64,000 nt of DNA, from NCBI GenBank assembly GCA_017610205.1, contig JAFCCL010000004.1, positions 32,001-96,000 on the forward strand. The letters run 5' to 3'. The notes below the pieces were generated by a model that searched no databases, was not told where the DNA came from, and saw only the letters and a program-made list of their open reading frames with translations. Shown here piece after piece: positions 38,041 through 47,367 of the stretch. Source of the stretch: Candidatus Iainarchaeum sp. Its GTDB lineage: Archaea; Iainarchaeota; Iainarchaeia; Iainarchaeales; GCA-2688035. Every line of letters begins with the position of its first letter. Within the stretch, counting starts at the first letter, position 1. Made by a program: the position numbers and the translations under genes.

Positions 38041-38191
38041 GCCAAGGAAATTAAAGAAATTGGACAAAAGAAAACCAATACCAGTAGTAGTTAAAAGGAA
38101 GAAAAGAATACATCCAACAATAGGTAAAATGGCTAGGCAGATATACAAAAAAGGACAAAAGCCTGGTCAAAATATGGATTTCACAGCCTGA
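38033..38191 (+). CDS. Possible 52-aa Lys/Arg-rich peptide
   Basis: ATG overlaps the hypC end; MTKPRKLKKLDKRKPIPVVVKRKK... Confidence 0.35.
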   Translation: MTKPRKLKKLDKRKPIPVVVKRKKRIHPTIGKMARQIYKKGQKPGQNMDFTA

Positions 38192-38897
38192 TTGCTTCAA
38201 GGGTTGCCTTTGTATATTTTTCCAGGCGCTTTAATTCGTCTTCTGAAATTTGTTCAACAACATTGTTCCAATGCACTGACACAAGTTCACCTGGAGCAAG
38301 TTTCAAACCAAAAGAATTTTGCAGTGTTTTTTCTTTTTCCCTAAGCTTTAATTCACCTGATTCTGAAAAAAGCTCAATTCCTTTTGCCCTGATTCCTTTA
38401 GGTGTTTCCTCAAGCACTTTTGCCCACTGCACAAGGCAGCTTGAAAGGTTTTTCACAATAGGATCTACTTTTTGTGAAATAAAATTTACGTAAAGGACAT
38501 GCATGCTGTGATGTGGAATTATTCCATCTGGAAGCTCTTTTGCTTTTTTTTTCGCAATGCTGTGTGGCAAGCCAAAATGCTGAAAGGAAAGAATTGTTTT
38601 TTGAATTTCTCTAAAAGAAACATTTTCAAGCAAGGAATTGCCAATCCAATAGGCTTCAATTACTTCAGAATCAAATGGCTGCAGATTGTTTTCGGTTGCA
38701 ATCAGTTCAAGGTAAGGAAATAATGCTGTGAAATGCGTTAGTTGTTCTTTTGCGATTTCTGCACTTTCTTCAGCCGGATTTGAAATGAATTCTTGAAGCA
38801 ATTTCCGGCTTTCAACAGGACCACAGTAGCCAAGTTTGTTTGGAGGAATTGAGTAAAAGCAGGCTCTTTTTAATGCATTAATTTCTTCTTGGGACAA
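38181..38897 (-). CDS. DUF6390-like protein
   Basis: PPNKLGYCGP, PYLELIA, EAYWIGN, PHHSMHV, VSVHW. Confidence 0.8.
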   Translation of the reverse strand: MSQEEINALKRACFYSIPPNKLGYCGPVESRKLLQEFISNPAEESAEIAKEQLTHFTALFPYLELIATENNLQPFDSEVIEAYWIGNSLLENVSFREIQKTILSFQHFGLPHSIAKKKAKELPDGIIPHHSMHVLYVNFISQKVDPIVKNLSSCLVQWAKVLEETPKGIRAKGIELFSESGELKLREKEKTLQNSFGLKLAPGELVSVHWNNVVEQISEDELKRLEKYTKATLEAIRL

Positions 38898-39792
38898 TTG
38901 AAGGACCTTTTATTTTGCTTGCATGCAGGAAAAAGCCAACACCGAAGAGAAGGAAAACTCCCGAAATTATCAGCAGGAAGCCGAATCCTTGCTGGATTGA
39001 AACCTGTTTTCCAAGAAAGGCAAAGGAAAGGAGGGCTGTAATTGGCTGTGCAAGAAGCAGTACAGCTGTTGCTTTGTGAACTGGCAGGCGCTTCAAGCCG
39101 GAATAGAATGTGAAAACAAAGGCAAGGAGGAAGGCTGAAGAAATCAAAACCCATTGAATTTGCTGCATTGAAAGCACAAGAATTGAAACTCTCTGGCCTG
39201 TGAATGCAAGAAATGCAAGAATGAAAATGCTTCCGAAAAACATTCTTCCAAATGCAACAATTGTTCCGCTTAAATCTTTTAGTACATGCTTTGATAAGGT
39301 GTTTTCTGCAGCCCAAAGAATGGTCGCGATTAAGATAAGCAACTCAGGCAAACCAAAAGCGTTGATGTTAAAAAGCAGAAAATTTCCTGCAAGCAAAAGC
39401 AATGCAGCTGCAATGAATTTTTTGTCAAGTTTTTCCTTTAAAAAGAAAAAGGCAAAAATCGAGGCCCAAAGGAAAAGGGTTTTGTGCAAAAAACCTGCGT
39501 TTAATGCGTTTGTAAGATTTAATGCATAAAAGAACAAAAGAAAGGGGATTGAACCGCCTATTAAGCCAATTGCTGCAAGCTGGCCAGCCTGCTTTTTTGA
39601 AATGGTTTTGATTGCCTTAAAGTCTTTGAGCAAAATGATTATTGAGAAAAGGAAAACTGCCACAACAGCGGTTTTGAGAAACGTAAATGTAAAAGTGTTA
39701 AAGCCCTGGACTGCAAAGCTGTTTGCAAAAATGCTTACCCCGCTAACAAGTGCAGTAAGCAATACAAGGATAAAACCAGTTCTTTGGCTCAT
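38878..39792 (-). CDS. EamA/DMT family transporter
   Basis: About 10 TM helices, duplicated EamA pattern (FFFLKEK, AFLGKQ). Confidence 0.9.
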   Translation of the reverse strand: MSQRTGFILVLLTALVSGVSIFANSFAVQGFNTFTFTFLKTAVVAVFLFSIIILLKDFKAIKTISKKQAGQLAAIGLIGGSIPFLLFFYALNLTNALNAGFLHKTLFLWASIFAFFFLKEKLDKKFIAAALLLLAGNFLLFNINAFGLPELLILIATILWAAENTLSKHVLKDLSGTIVAFGRMFFGSIFILAFLAFTGQRVSILVLSMQQIQWVLISSAFLLAFVFTFYSGLKRLPVHKATAVLLLAQPITALLSFAFLGKQVSIQQGFGFLLIISGVFLLFGVGFFLHASKIKGPSIVPRRN

Positions 39793-39842
39793 GGTAAGGA
39801 TTAAAGGCTTAAAGGATTAAAAAGGTAAGTAAGTGAAGACCG

Positions 39843-40217
39843 GTGGCAAAAATTTTTGTTTTTGGAAATGAATTGGTTGAAAAAGACAGCCTTGCATTAA
39901 AGGTTGCAAAAAAGCTGAAAGGAAAGATTAAAGGAATTGAATTTGAAGCGGTTGAGTCATTGGACACAATAAAAAAAAGGCAAGACTTATACATAATGGA
40001 TGTTGCTGTTGGTTTGGAAAAAGTGCAATTGATTGAGGATTTGAATAAACTGCAAACAAAGCAGCCTGTTTCAGGGCATGATTTTGATTTGGCAATGGAA
40101 TTGAAGCTTTTGCGGAAAATCGGAGAATTGGGCAAGGTTAGAATAATTGCGATTCCGGCAGAGTACGAGTTAAAAAATGCTGTTGGAGAAGTTAAAACAT
40201 TAATTGAATCAAATTAG
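39843..40217 (+). CDS. Short hydrogenase maturation protease-like protein
   Basis: FVFGNELVEKDSLA, IMDVA, SGHDFDL resemble HyaD/HycI motifs. Confidence 0.7.
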   Translation: MAKIFVFGNELVEKDSLALKVAKKLKGKIKGIEFEAVESLDTIKKRQDLYIMDVAVGLEKVQLIEDLNKLQTKQPVSGHDFDLAMELKLLRKIGELGKVRIIAIPAEYELKNAVGEVKTLIESN

Positions 40218-40358
40218 CAGTTGCAGGTGACAACAGGATTGGAAGCGTAACGCTTGCACTTGTTGCAGATTTCTCTTTTAGCCAAATCCCTGCCTGTCGC
40301 TGTTGTCTGCTACACTTCTATCTAATGAATATGACACAGAAAGTCCTGCTATTTCTAG
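40214..40358 (-). pseudogene. Remnant of a deleted LamG domain of the adjacent pilin
   Basis: IAGLSVSYSLDRSVADNSD then RDLAKREICNKCKRYASNPVVTCNC* match both ends of the LamG region of 34994-36142. Confidence 0.8.
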
Positions 40359-40817
40359 TTAATTAGCACTACAACTTATCTTAACACTCCTGTTAAGTCC
40401 GTCGGCATCAGTGTAATCAATTTCCATTGCACCACCTGTGCTGCAGTTGTCTGAAAGATTAATGTTTTCAAAACGCATTTCATCACCTGTGCCAACAGTT
40501 ATTGGAAATGAGGATAGGCTTTCAGCATTTAGAAGACCGGAAGATGAACCATCCAAGCCCCCAAAAAAAGAAATTGACTTTATAGAAATTCTTCCACCTG
40601 TTAAATTCTTCAAAACTGCAGACAATTTGCTGGATGAATCAATACTTACCCCTTTAACAGGAAATATTGTAGGGTCGGAAGAAGAAAAAGTTACTTCCGG
40701 TATTGGGGCGTCTGCTACAAAAACAAGTATGCCTATAACGCCTGCTATTATTACCAATGCAAATCCATAAATCATCAAATATTCCAAAGAAGCCTGTGCT
40801 TTTCTTGATGAAAACAT
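40359..40817 (-). CDS. Class III signal (pilin-like) protein, truncated paralog
   Basis: KAQASLEYLMIYGF, SSSDP, KNLTGGRI. Confidence 0.85.
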   Translation of the reverse strand: MFSSRKAQASLEYLMIYGFALVIIAGVIGILVFVADAPIPEVTFSSSDPTIFPVKGVSIDSSSKLSAVLKNLTGGRISIKSISFFGGLDGSSSGLLNAESLSSFPITVGTGDEMRFENINLSDNCSTGGAMEIDYTDADGLNRSVKISCSAN

Positions 40818-40860
40818 ATGTAGGGAATAAGTGTTTTTTTATTAAAAATGGTTTGCATTT

Positions 40861-42162
40861 TTATAAATTATATTTTGCATTTTTCCAATTAACTTTTAGA
40901 AAATGTGTTGCACAACTTATGCAGGGGTCATAAGCGCGAACAATCTTTTCTATTTCCAAATTTGCCTTTTCCTGTTGCAAATCCAAAAGAGTTGGAATGA
41001 ATTCGGCAAGGTCTTCTTCAATTGGGTGGTTGTTTTGGTTTGTTGGAACAACAATGTTTGCCTTTTTTACAAAACCTTTTTCGTCAAAAGAATACTGGTG
41101 GTAAAGTGTTCCTCTTGGAGCCTCGGTTACACCAATTCCAAAAGCCTCTTTTGGCTTAATTTTCTGCATTTCCTCCTTTTCAAGCTTCAGTTCTTTAATC
41201 AGCCTAATGCTTGAATCAATTAAGTGAAGCAATTCAATTGCCTGTGCAATATTGTTGTAATAAATTTTGTCACTTGGAAATCTTAAGCCAAGGCCTTTGA
41301 TAATGTCCTGTGCTGCAGGCTCAAGCGCTTTTTGGTTTAGGTTAATTCTTGCAAGTGAACCAACTCTGAAAGATTTTCCTTCAAAACTTGTTTGCGCAGC
41401 ATTGCTGTAGGGGACAATAAATTCTTCAACATGCTTTAGCATATCTTCTTCTTCAATAACCAGTCCTGAAGCAAAATGAAGCTTTCCTTTGACAAAACTG
41501 TAGTTTGAATCAACAAGTGCCAGGTAATCTGTTTTTCTTTCAAAAGAAAGCTTTTCTGAAAATGAAGCAAAAAGTTTTATTGCATTAATTGCTGTTTTCC
41601 TTTCATTTTCAAGCAATGGAAGGCATTTGTCAAGCTGGCTTTTTTTTGGAAGAGTTGTAAAGCCACCTGGCCTTATGCTAACAGTTTGATAAATTCGCCC
41701 TCCCAAAAGCTTTATAATGTCAGTGCCTGACTTTTTTAGGCTAAGCCCCCAGTGAAGAAACTTGTTTTCTTCTTTGTTGAATTCAAGAACGGATTCCCTT
41801 CCAAGATAGTCCGGCAGGGCAAGGAAGAACAGGTGAAGTGCATGGCTTTTTAGAAATTCTCCGTTTGTTGCAAGGTCTCTAAGAATGTTTGTTTGCCTGC
41901 TTGCCTCAATGCCAAACGCATTTTCAACCGCTTCAATTGAAGTGTTTAAATGGCTTACATTGCATAGCCCGCAGATTCTTGAAACAATCAGCGGAACCTG
42001 TGAAAAATGCCTTCCTTTAAGCATGTCTTCAAAAAACCTCTGCCCTTCATAAATTTTCAACTCGCATTTTTCAACCACGCCGTCTTTTAATTCAACATCA
42101 AGGTTTGCATGCCCTTCAATTTTTGTAATTTCCTTTATTGAAAAATTGCATGTTTTGCGCAT
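40861..42162 (-). CDS. hydA: [NiFe] hydrogenase group 3b large (alpha) subunit
   Basis: KIEGH, RICGLCNVSH, EAPRGTLYH, DPCISCATH + cleavable tail. Confidence 0.93.
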   Translation of the reverse strand: MRKTCNFSIKEITKIEGHANLDVELKDGVVEKCELKIYEGQRFFEDMLKGRHFSQVPLIVSRICGLCNVSHLNTSIEAVENAFGIEASRQTNILRDLATNGEFLKSHALHLFFLALPDYLGRESVLEFNKEENKFLHWGLSLKKSGTDIIKLLGGRIYQTVSIRPGGFTTLPKKSQLDKCLPLLENERKTAINAIKLFASFSEKLSFERKTDYLALVDSNYSFVKGKLHFASGLVIEEEDMLKHVEEFIVPYSNAAQTSFEGKSFRVGSLARINLNQKALEPAAQDIIKGLGLRFPSDKIYYNNIAQAIELLHLIDSSIRLIKELKLEKEEMQKIKPKEAFGIGVTEAPRGTLYHQYSFDEKGFVKKANIVVPTNQNNHPIEEDLAEFIPTLLDLQQEKANLEIEKIVRAYDPCISCATHFLKVNWKNAKYNL

Positions 42163-42930
42163 TCAGTTTTCACCCCTTAAATGACGCAATTCTTTTGGCA
42201 GTTGATTAAAATAGGTGAAAAAATTGTATCTTTCCTTTTTGCCGGAATCCATTTCTTTAAGCAAATTGTCCAATGACTTAAAATTGGCGTCTTTTGTAAA
42301 GCCCCTGCAGCCAATGCATTGCACGTTCTGGCTTGGGCAGAGTGCATCACAACCTGCGTAGGTTACCGGGCCAAGGCATGGAATTCCTTTTAACAAAAGG
42401 CAGGAATTTCCTTTTAGTTTGCATTCAAAACACACAGGAACCTCTTCAAGCCTTGGAATAACACCGTGCAATACTTTGTTCAAAAAGTCAAGGAATTCAA
42501 GCTCGTTGACTGAACAGCCGTTAAGAATGTAGTCCACTTTTACAAAGGCTGACAAAGGACTTGCCTTTTCTTTAACAGGGGTTATTGCCTTTTGCCTTAT
42601 TCTTTCCTGAAGCTCTTTAGGCAAAGCATTCCTAATACCGTTTATTCCAGCAGTTGCAGCGCAGGAACCAAGTGCCACAAGAAAACCTGTTTTTTCACGA
42701 ATATAATTCAGCTTGTTAAGATCGTGCTTGCTTATTACACTTCCTTCAACAAATGCTATATCAAGCTTTAATGCCTCTGGCTTTATTTTTTCCATCAAAA
42801 CACGGGATTCGACTATTTCAAGGTAATCAAATGCCTTGAGCAATTTTTCCTCAAGGTCAAGAACGGCAAACTCACAGCCTTCACAGCAGGTAAGTGAAAA
42901 AAATCCAACCTTAACTTTTTTTGCAGACAT
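42163..42930 (-). CDS. hydD: [NiFe] hydrogenase group 3b small (delta) subunit
   Basis: TCCEGC, VEGSV, LGSCA, VCFEC, CLGPVTYAGC, CIGCRG. Confidence 0.92.
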   Translation of the reverse strand: MSAKKVKVGFFSLTCCEGCEFAVLDLEEKLLKAFDYLEIVESRVLMEKIKPEALKLDIAFVEGSVISKHDLNKLNYIREKTGFLVALGSCAATAGINGIRNALPKELQERIRQKAITPVKEKASPLSAFVKVDYILNGCSVNELEFLDFLNKVLHGVIPRLEEVPVCFECKLKGNSCLLLKGIPCLGPVTYAGCDALCPSQNVQCIGCRGFTKDANFKSLDNLLKEMDSGKKERYNFFTYFNQLPKELRHLRGEN

Positions 42931-42933
42931 TTT

Positions 42934-43761
42934 TTAATCCTCTTTTACAGGCAGTTTATTCAAATCTTTTGCATTAAAAACCGGCCCGTCAATACAGGTA
43001 TACTTGTTTCCAATATTGCAGTGGCTGCAATAGCCTACACCGCATTGCATTAGCCTCTCCAAAGACGCAAACATCTGCTCATCCTTAAAACCTTTTTTTC
43101 TCAATTCAATTAAAGAAAAGTGAATCATTACAGACGGACCGCACATCATTACAACTGTGTTCTTAGAAGGAAGTTCAACATGTTTGAAAAGGGCTGTTAC
43201 AAGACCGACATTTCCTTTCCAGGTTTTGTTTGGATTGTCAACTGTTGAAAGCACTTGGAAATCTTCCTTTTGCCATTGCTTCAGTTCCTCGTCAAATAAA
43301 ACATTTTCAGGAGCTTTGCATCCGAATAAAACAGAAACCTTGCCAAACTCGCTTTTCTTTTCCCGAACAGCATAAATTGCACTCCTTAAAGGTGCAAGCC
43401 CACAGCCTCCGCTTACAAACAGGATGTTTTTTTTTCTGAATTTTTGCAAAGGAAAACTGTTTCCAAAAGGGCCTCTTAACCCAATTTTGTTTCCTTTTTT
43501 GAGCTTGTGCAGTGCATTTGTGACATTGCCAACATTTACAATGGTAAAGTTTATTGAATTGGTTTTGTAGGGAGAGGAAGAAATGCTTATTGGAATTTCT
43601 CCAAATCCAAAAACGCTTACCATCATAAACTGGCCTGGCCTGAATTTGAATTTTTTCTGAAGATTTTTGTCAGAAAATTCAACTTCAAAAGTTTTTGTGT
43701 CAGAAGTATCCTGTGAAACCGAAAGTATTTCAGCAACATTTGGCTTTTCAGGAATAATCAT
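42934..43761 (-). CDS. hydG: Hydrogenase gamma subunit (FAD/NAD(P), 2Fe-2S)
   Basis: PGQF, RGPFGN, GGCGLAP, CGP, MQCGVGYCSHC. Confidence 0.92.
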   Translation of the reverse strand: MIIPEKPNVAEILSVSQDTSDTKTFEVEFSDKNLQKKFKFRPGQFMMVSVFGFGEIPISISSSPYKTNSINFTIVNVGNVTNALHKLKKGNKIGLRGPFGNSFPLQKFRKKNILFVSGGCGLAPLRSAIYAVREKKSEFGKVSVLFGCKAPENVLFDEELKQWQKEDFQVLSTVDNPNKTWKGNVGLVTALFKHVELPSKNTVVMMCGPSVMIHFSLIELRKKGFKDEQMFASLERLMQCGVGYCSHCNIGNKYTCIDGPVFNAKDLNKLPVKED

Positions 43762-44777
43762 TTTTTAGCCCCCAAACCATGTTTTTGAATCTTGTTTGCA
43801 ATTTCAACAAGGCTTATTTTAACAGGACAAACAGTAATGCATCTGCCACAGCCAATACACAAATGCACACCGTATTGTTCCCTGTAATAGGAAAGCTTGT
43901 GCAAAACAAACTGCCTTAACCTTCCTTCTCTTGAAGGCCTAAAGACATGGTTTCCTGCAACCTCTGTAAAGCGTTTGAGTTGGCAACTGTCCAAAAATCT
44001 GAATCTTTCACTTTCAGTGTCTGAACCAAAAACAAATTCGTCTTTTGTAGTATAGCAATAGCAGGTTGGGCAGCTTTGAGTGCAGGAAGTGCAACTAAGA
44101 CAGCGTTCTGATTCCTCTTTCCAAACAGGATGGTTAAAATTAGCATAAAGGTTTTCTTCAATGTCTTCGGTGTCAAGTGAATTTTTGCAGGAAATGTCAG
44201 CGGAAGGAAGTGCATCACTTGTATGTCTGAAAAATTTGCTGTCAATTAATTCCTTTCCTTTTTCAGTTTCCACTTTTACAAAAAAATCCGAGCCCCTTTC
44301 AAAAAATAAAAGATCGTGGCCTGTTGCCTGCGATGTACCAAGGCTTGTGCAAAATCCATTTTCGCATGCTTTGGAACATTGTAATGCAATTACCACTGTA
44401 TTTTTGCGCCTAATGCTGTAAAATCGGTCTTCTCCAAAAAATTTTATAAAAAGTACGTCAAGCGCATGCAATGCATGTGTTTCACAAGGCCTTATTCCAA
44501 AAATAACACGCTTTGCAGTGTCAAAACAAGGTTCAACATTAAAGGAAGAATTCTTTTTCTTAAAGGAAAACATTTTTTCCTTTGCAGGTCTGAAGAATTC
44601 TTTTGCAGAAAAATCAGTTCTTGTTTCAAGAAAAAGTTCCTGTCCGCTATATTGCTGAAAGCAGGTTGCATCTGTTTTGTTTTTTGCCGGAACAATAACC
44701 TGGTCAAACTTTTTTTGAAGAAATTCGAGAAATTTTGGCAGGTCTTCTTTTTTTATGATATAATTCATGCTGTTCAC
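43758..44777 (-). CDS. hydB: Hydrogenase beta subunit (4Fe-4S, AsrA-like)
   Basis: GIRPC, CLSCTSCTQSCPTCYC, CIGCGRCITVCP. Confidence 0.92.
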   Translation of the reverse strand: MNSMNYIIKKEDLPKFLEFLQKKFDQVIVPAKNKTDATCFQQYSGQELFLETRTDFSAKEFFRPAKEKMFSFKKKNSSFNVEPCFDTAKRVIFGIRPCETHALHALDVLFIKFFGEDRFYSIRRKNTVVIALQCSKACENGFCTSLGTSQATGHDLLFFERGSDFFVKVETEKGKELIDSKFFRHTSDALPSADISCKNSLDTEDIEENLYANFNHPVWKEESERCLSCTSCTQSCPTCYCYTTKDEFVFGSDTESERFRFLDSCQLKRFTEVAGNHVFRPSREGRLRQFVLHKLSYYREQYGVHLCIGCGRCITVCPVKISLVEIANKIQKHGLGAKK

Positions 44778-44780
44778 AAA

Positions 44781-46142
44781 TTAATTTTTCTGTGGCAATT
44801 TAGGCTGTTCAGCCACAGGCTGTTCAGCAGGCTCCTCAGCTTCAGGCTTTTCAGCCACAGACTCTTCCGTTGCCTCTTCTTTAGCAGGAGCTTCCTCAAC
44901 TTTACGCTCTTCAGTGTCAGGCTGTGCAGGTTTAGATTTAGAGGTTTTGTTTTGAAGTGCAACAAGTCCAGGCAGTTCTTTTCCACTAAGGTATTGCAAC
45001 AGTGCTTTGCCTGCAAGGGAAATGTGTGAAAAATCCTTTTCTGAAAAATCAACCTGCTCCAATGCTGTTTCAGTATCACCGCCCCCAATTATGGAAAATG
45101 CCCTGCTTTTGCTTATTGCATTAAAAACCCTTTTTGTCCCAATTTCAAAATCCATTCTTTCAAATATTCCCATTGGCCCGTTTGCTACAACAAGTTTTGC
45201 TCCCTTTAATGCTTCCTTGAATTCTGCAACTGTTTCTGTTCCAATGTCAAAAATAGAATTTTCTTTTGGAAGCTCTGAAATTGAAATTTCTTCCCTTTCA
45301 TCAGAATCATCCATTATTGCAACGTCAACAGGCAAAATAATTTTTTCGCCGTAATTTTCCAAAATCTGTTTTGCCGGTTCAACCAATTCATTGAATCCTT
45401 TTTCCTCAAAAAATTTGTCTTTTTCGCCAAGCACAATGCCTTTTGCTTTCAAAAACAGCTCGCCAAGCAAGCCACCTGCACAAATTTTGTCAGCTTTTTG
45501 TTTTCCAAAAAGCTCGTTTATCAAATAAATACTGTCCTTTATTTTTGAACCGCCCAAAACAAAAACACAGGGCTTTTCATTTGAATCAAAGTGCTTTAAT
45601 GCTTCAAGCTCTGCTTCAAGAACATGGCCAACAAAGGACGGAAGCAATGGAATAAATCCTATAACACTTGGCTGGCTTCGGTGGCAAACGCTTAAGGCAT
45701 CCTCAACAAACATTTGGGAAACAGAAGCAATCTTTTGAACCCACTCAATCTTTGAAGCATCTTCCGGAGTAAAATCCTGCTCTTCGTTGTCATGAAAGCG
45801 CACATTTTCCATTAAAACAATGCCACCTTTCTGCATTTCCTTAATGGTTGTTTCGTAATTTGAATCCCACGGCAAAAGCTTTACTTCTTTTTCAGCCATC
45901 TCAGACAATTCTTCGGCATGTGGCTTTAGGGAAACACAGTCATCCTGCCCTTTTCTTCCCTGATGGGCAAGCACAACAAGCTTTGCATTCTTTTCAGACA
46001 TTTCCTTTAATGTTTTGGAATAGGCTCTAAGCCTTGCATTCTCAAACAGCTCTCCGTCTTCAACATTACTGTTTAAGTCAACTCTTATCACAATTGTTTT
46101 GCCAGAAATGTTTTCATCCTTTAAAAATTTGTAATCTCCCAT
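44781..46142 (-). CDS. pgk: Phosphoglycerate kinase with acidic C-terminal tail
   Basis: RVDLN, AHQGR, ENVRF, GPMGIFE, GGGDT. Confidence 0.93.
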   Translation of the reverse strand: MGDYKFLKDENISGKTIVIRVDLNSNVEDGELFENARLRAYSKTLKEMSEKNAKLVVLAHQGRKGQDDCVSLKPHAEELSEMAEKEVKLLPWDSNYETTIKEMQKGGIVLMENVRFHDNEEQDFTPEDASKIEWVQKIASVSQMFVEDALSVCHRSQPSVIGFIPLLPSFVGHVLEAELEALKHFDSNEKPCVFVLGGSKIKDSIYLINELFGKQKADKICAGGLLGELFLKAKGIVLGEKDKFFEEKGFNELVEPAKQILENYGEKIILPVDVAIMDDSDEREEISISELPKENSIFDIGTETVAEFKEALKGAKLVVANGPMGIFERMDFEIGTKRVFNAISKSRAFSIIGGGDTETALEQVDFSEKDFSHISLAGKALLQYLSGKELPGLVALQNKTSKSKPAQPDTEERKVEEAPAKEEATEESVAEKPEAEEPAEQPVAEQPKLPQKN

Positions 46143-46222
46143 TTTTTAACGCCTCCCGATAGGAATTTCTTCAAATGCCCCAATAAGAAAAGGGATTATG
46201 AGAATAAAAAGCTATTTGCTCT

Positions 46223-47227
46223 TTACAAGCCCTTTTTTGCAAGAAAAAGCACAAAATCAGCAAGCAATGAACTGTAACCCCACTCGTTGTCATACCATCC
46301 AAGTACTTTTACCTGCCGTCCATTAACTTTTGTTAGCTTGCTGTCAAAAATGCACCCGTGGGGGTTTGCAATAATGTCAGTGCTTACAAGGTCTTGTTCA
46401 CTATATTCAAGATTTCTTGCCAAAGGACCTGAAGCAGCCTTTTTGAACAATGCATTGACTTCCTCAGCACTTGTTTCCTTTTTCATGCTACAGGTAAAGT
46501 CAGTAATGCTGCCTGTTGGAACAGGAACGCGAACAGCCATTCCATCAAGATTTCCCTTCAAATCAGTAAAAATTGTTGAAATTGCCTTTGTAGCACCTGT
46601 ACCTGTCGGAATCATATTTATTGCAGCAGCCCTTGCCCTTCTTGGATCAGAATGAGGGCCATCAACCAGATTCTGATCTGAGGTATAAGCATGAATTGTA
46701 GTAAGAAAACCTTTTTCAATTCCAATATTTTCGTGCAAAACCTTTACCATTGGAGCAAGGCAATTTGTTGTACAGGAAGCCATGCTTACAACATCTTCTT
46801 TTGAAGAATTGTAATTTGCTGTGTTAATATTCAAAATATACTGGTTGCAAATTTGGCCTTTTGGAGGAGCACTAATAACCACCTTTTTTGCACCGGCGTT
46901 AACATGCACTCTTGCCTGATCAGCACTCCTAAAAATTCCAGTGCTTTCCAAAACAACGTCAACTTTTAAAGCCTTCCAAGGAAGCTTGCCTGGATCTTTT
47001 TCTGCCAAGGCAGCAACATTTTTTCCGCCAACAGTAATACTGTTCTTGTCGGATTTTACATCCTTGTCAAATTTTCCGTAAACGCTGTCAAATTGAAGAA
47101 GATTTGCAAGAGTTTCGTTTTCGGTCAAGTCATTTATTGCAACAACATCAATTCCTTTTGTTTCAAGCATTGCCTTAAATGCCTGCCTTCCAATTCTGCC
47201 AAAACCATTAATTGCAACCCTAACCAT
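46223..47227 (-). CDS. gap: Type I (bacterial-type) glyceraldehyde-3-phosphate dehydrogenase
   Basis: AINGFGRIGR, ASCTTNCLAP, WYDNEWGYS. Confidence 0.96.
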   Translation of the reverse strand: MVRVAINGFGRIGRQAFKAMLETKGIDVVAINDLTENETLANLLQFDSVYGKFDKDVKSDKNSITVGGKNVAALAEKDPGKLPWKALKVDVVLESTGIFRSADQARVHVNAGAKKVVISAPPKGQICNQYILNINTANYNSSKEDVVSMASCTTNCLAPMVKVLHENIGIEKGFLTTIHAYTSDQNLVDGPHSDPRRARAAAINMIPTGTGATKAISTIFTDLKGNLDGMAVRVPVPTGSITDFTCSMKKETSAEEVNALFKKAASGPLARNLEYSEQDLVSTDIIANPHGCIFDSKLTKVNGRQVKVLGWYDNEWGYSSLLADFVLFLAKKGL

Positions 47228-47367
47228 AAAACCATCCCCTGCATTTGCCGCAAAAAAATAATGCTATAAAATTGACAGCTTTAAATAATAAAAAAGCTTG
47301 CTTTGAAAAAAAAGAAAAGGGTTTTTAATAACCTAAACAATACAACCTAAAAAAAGAGGCGCTTTTT

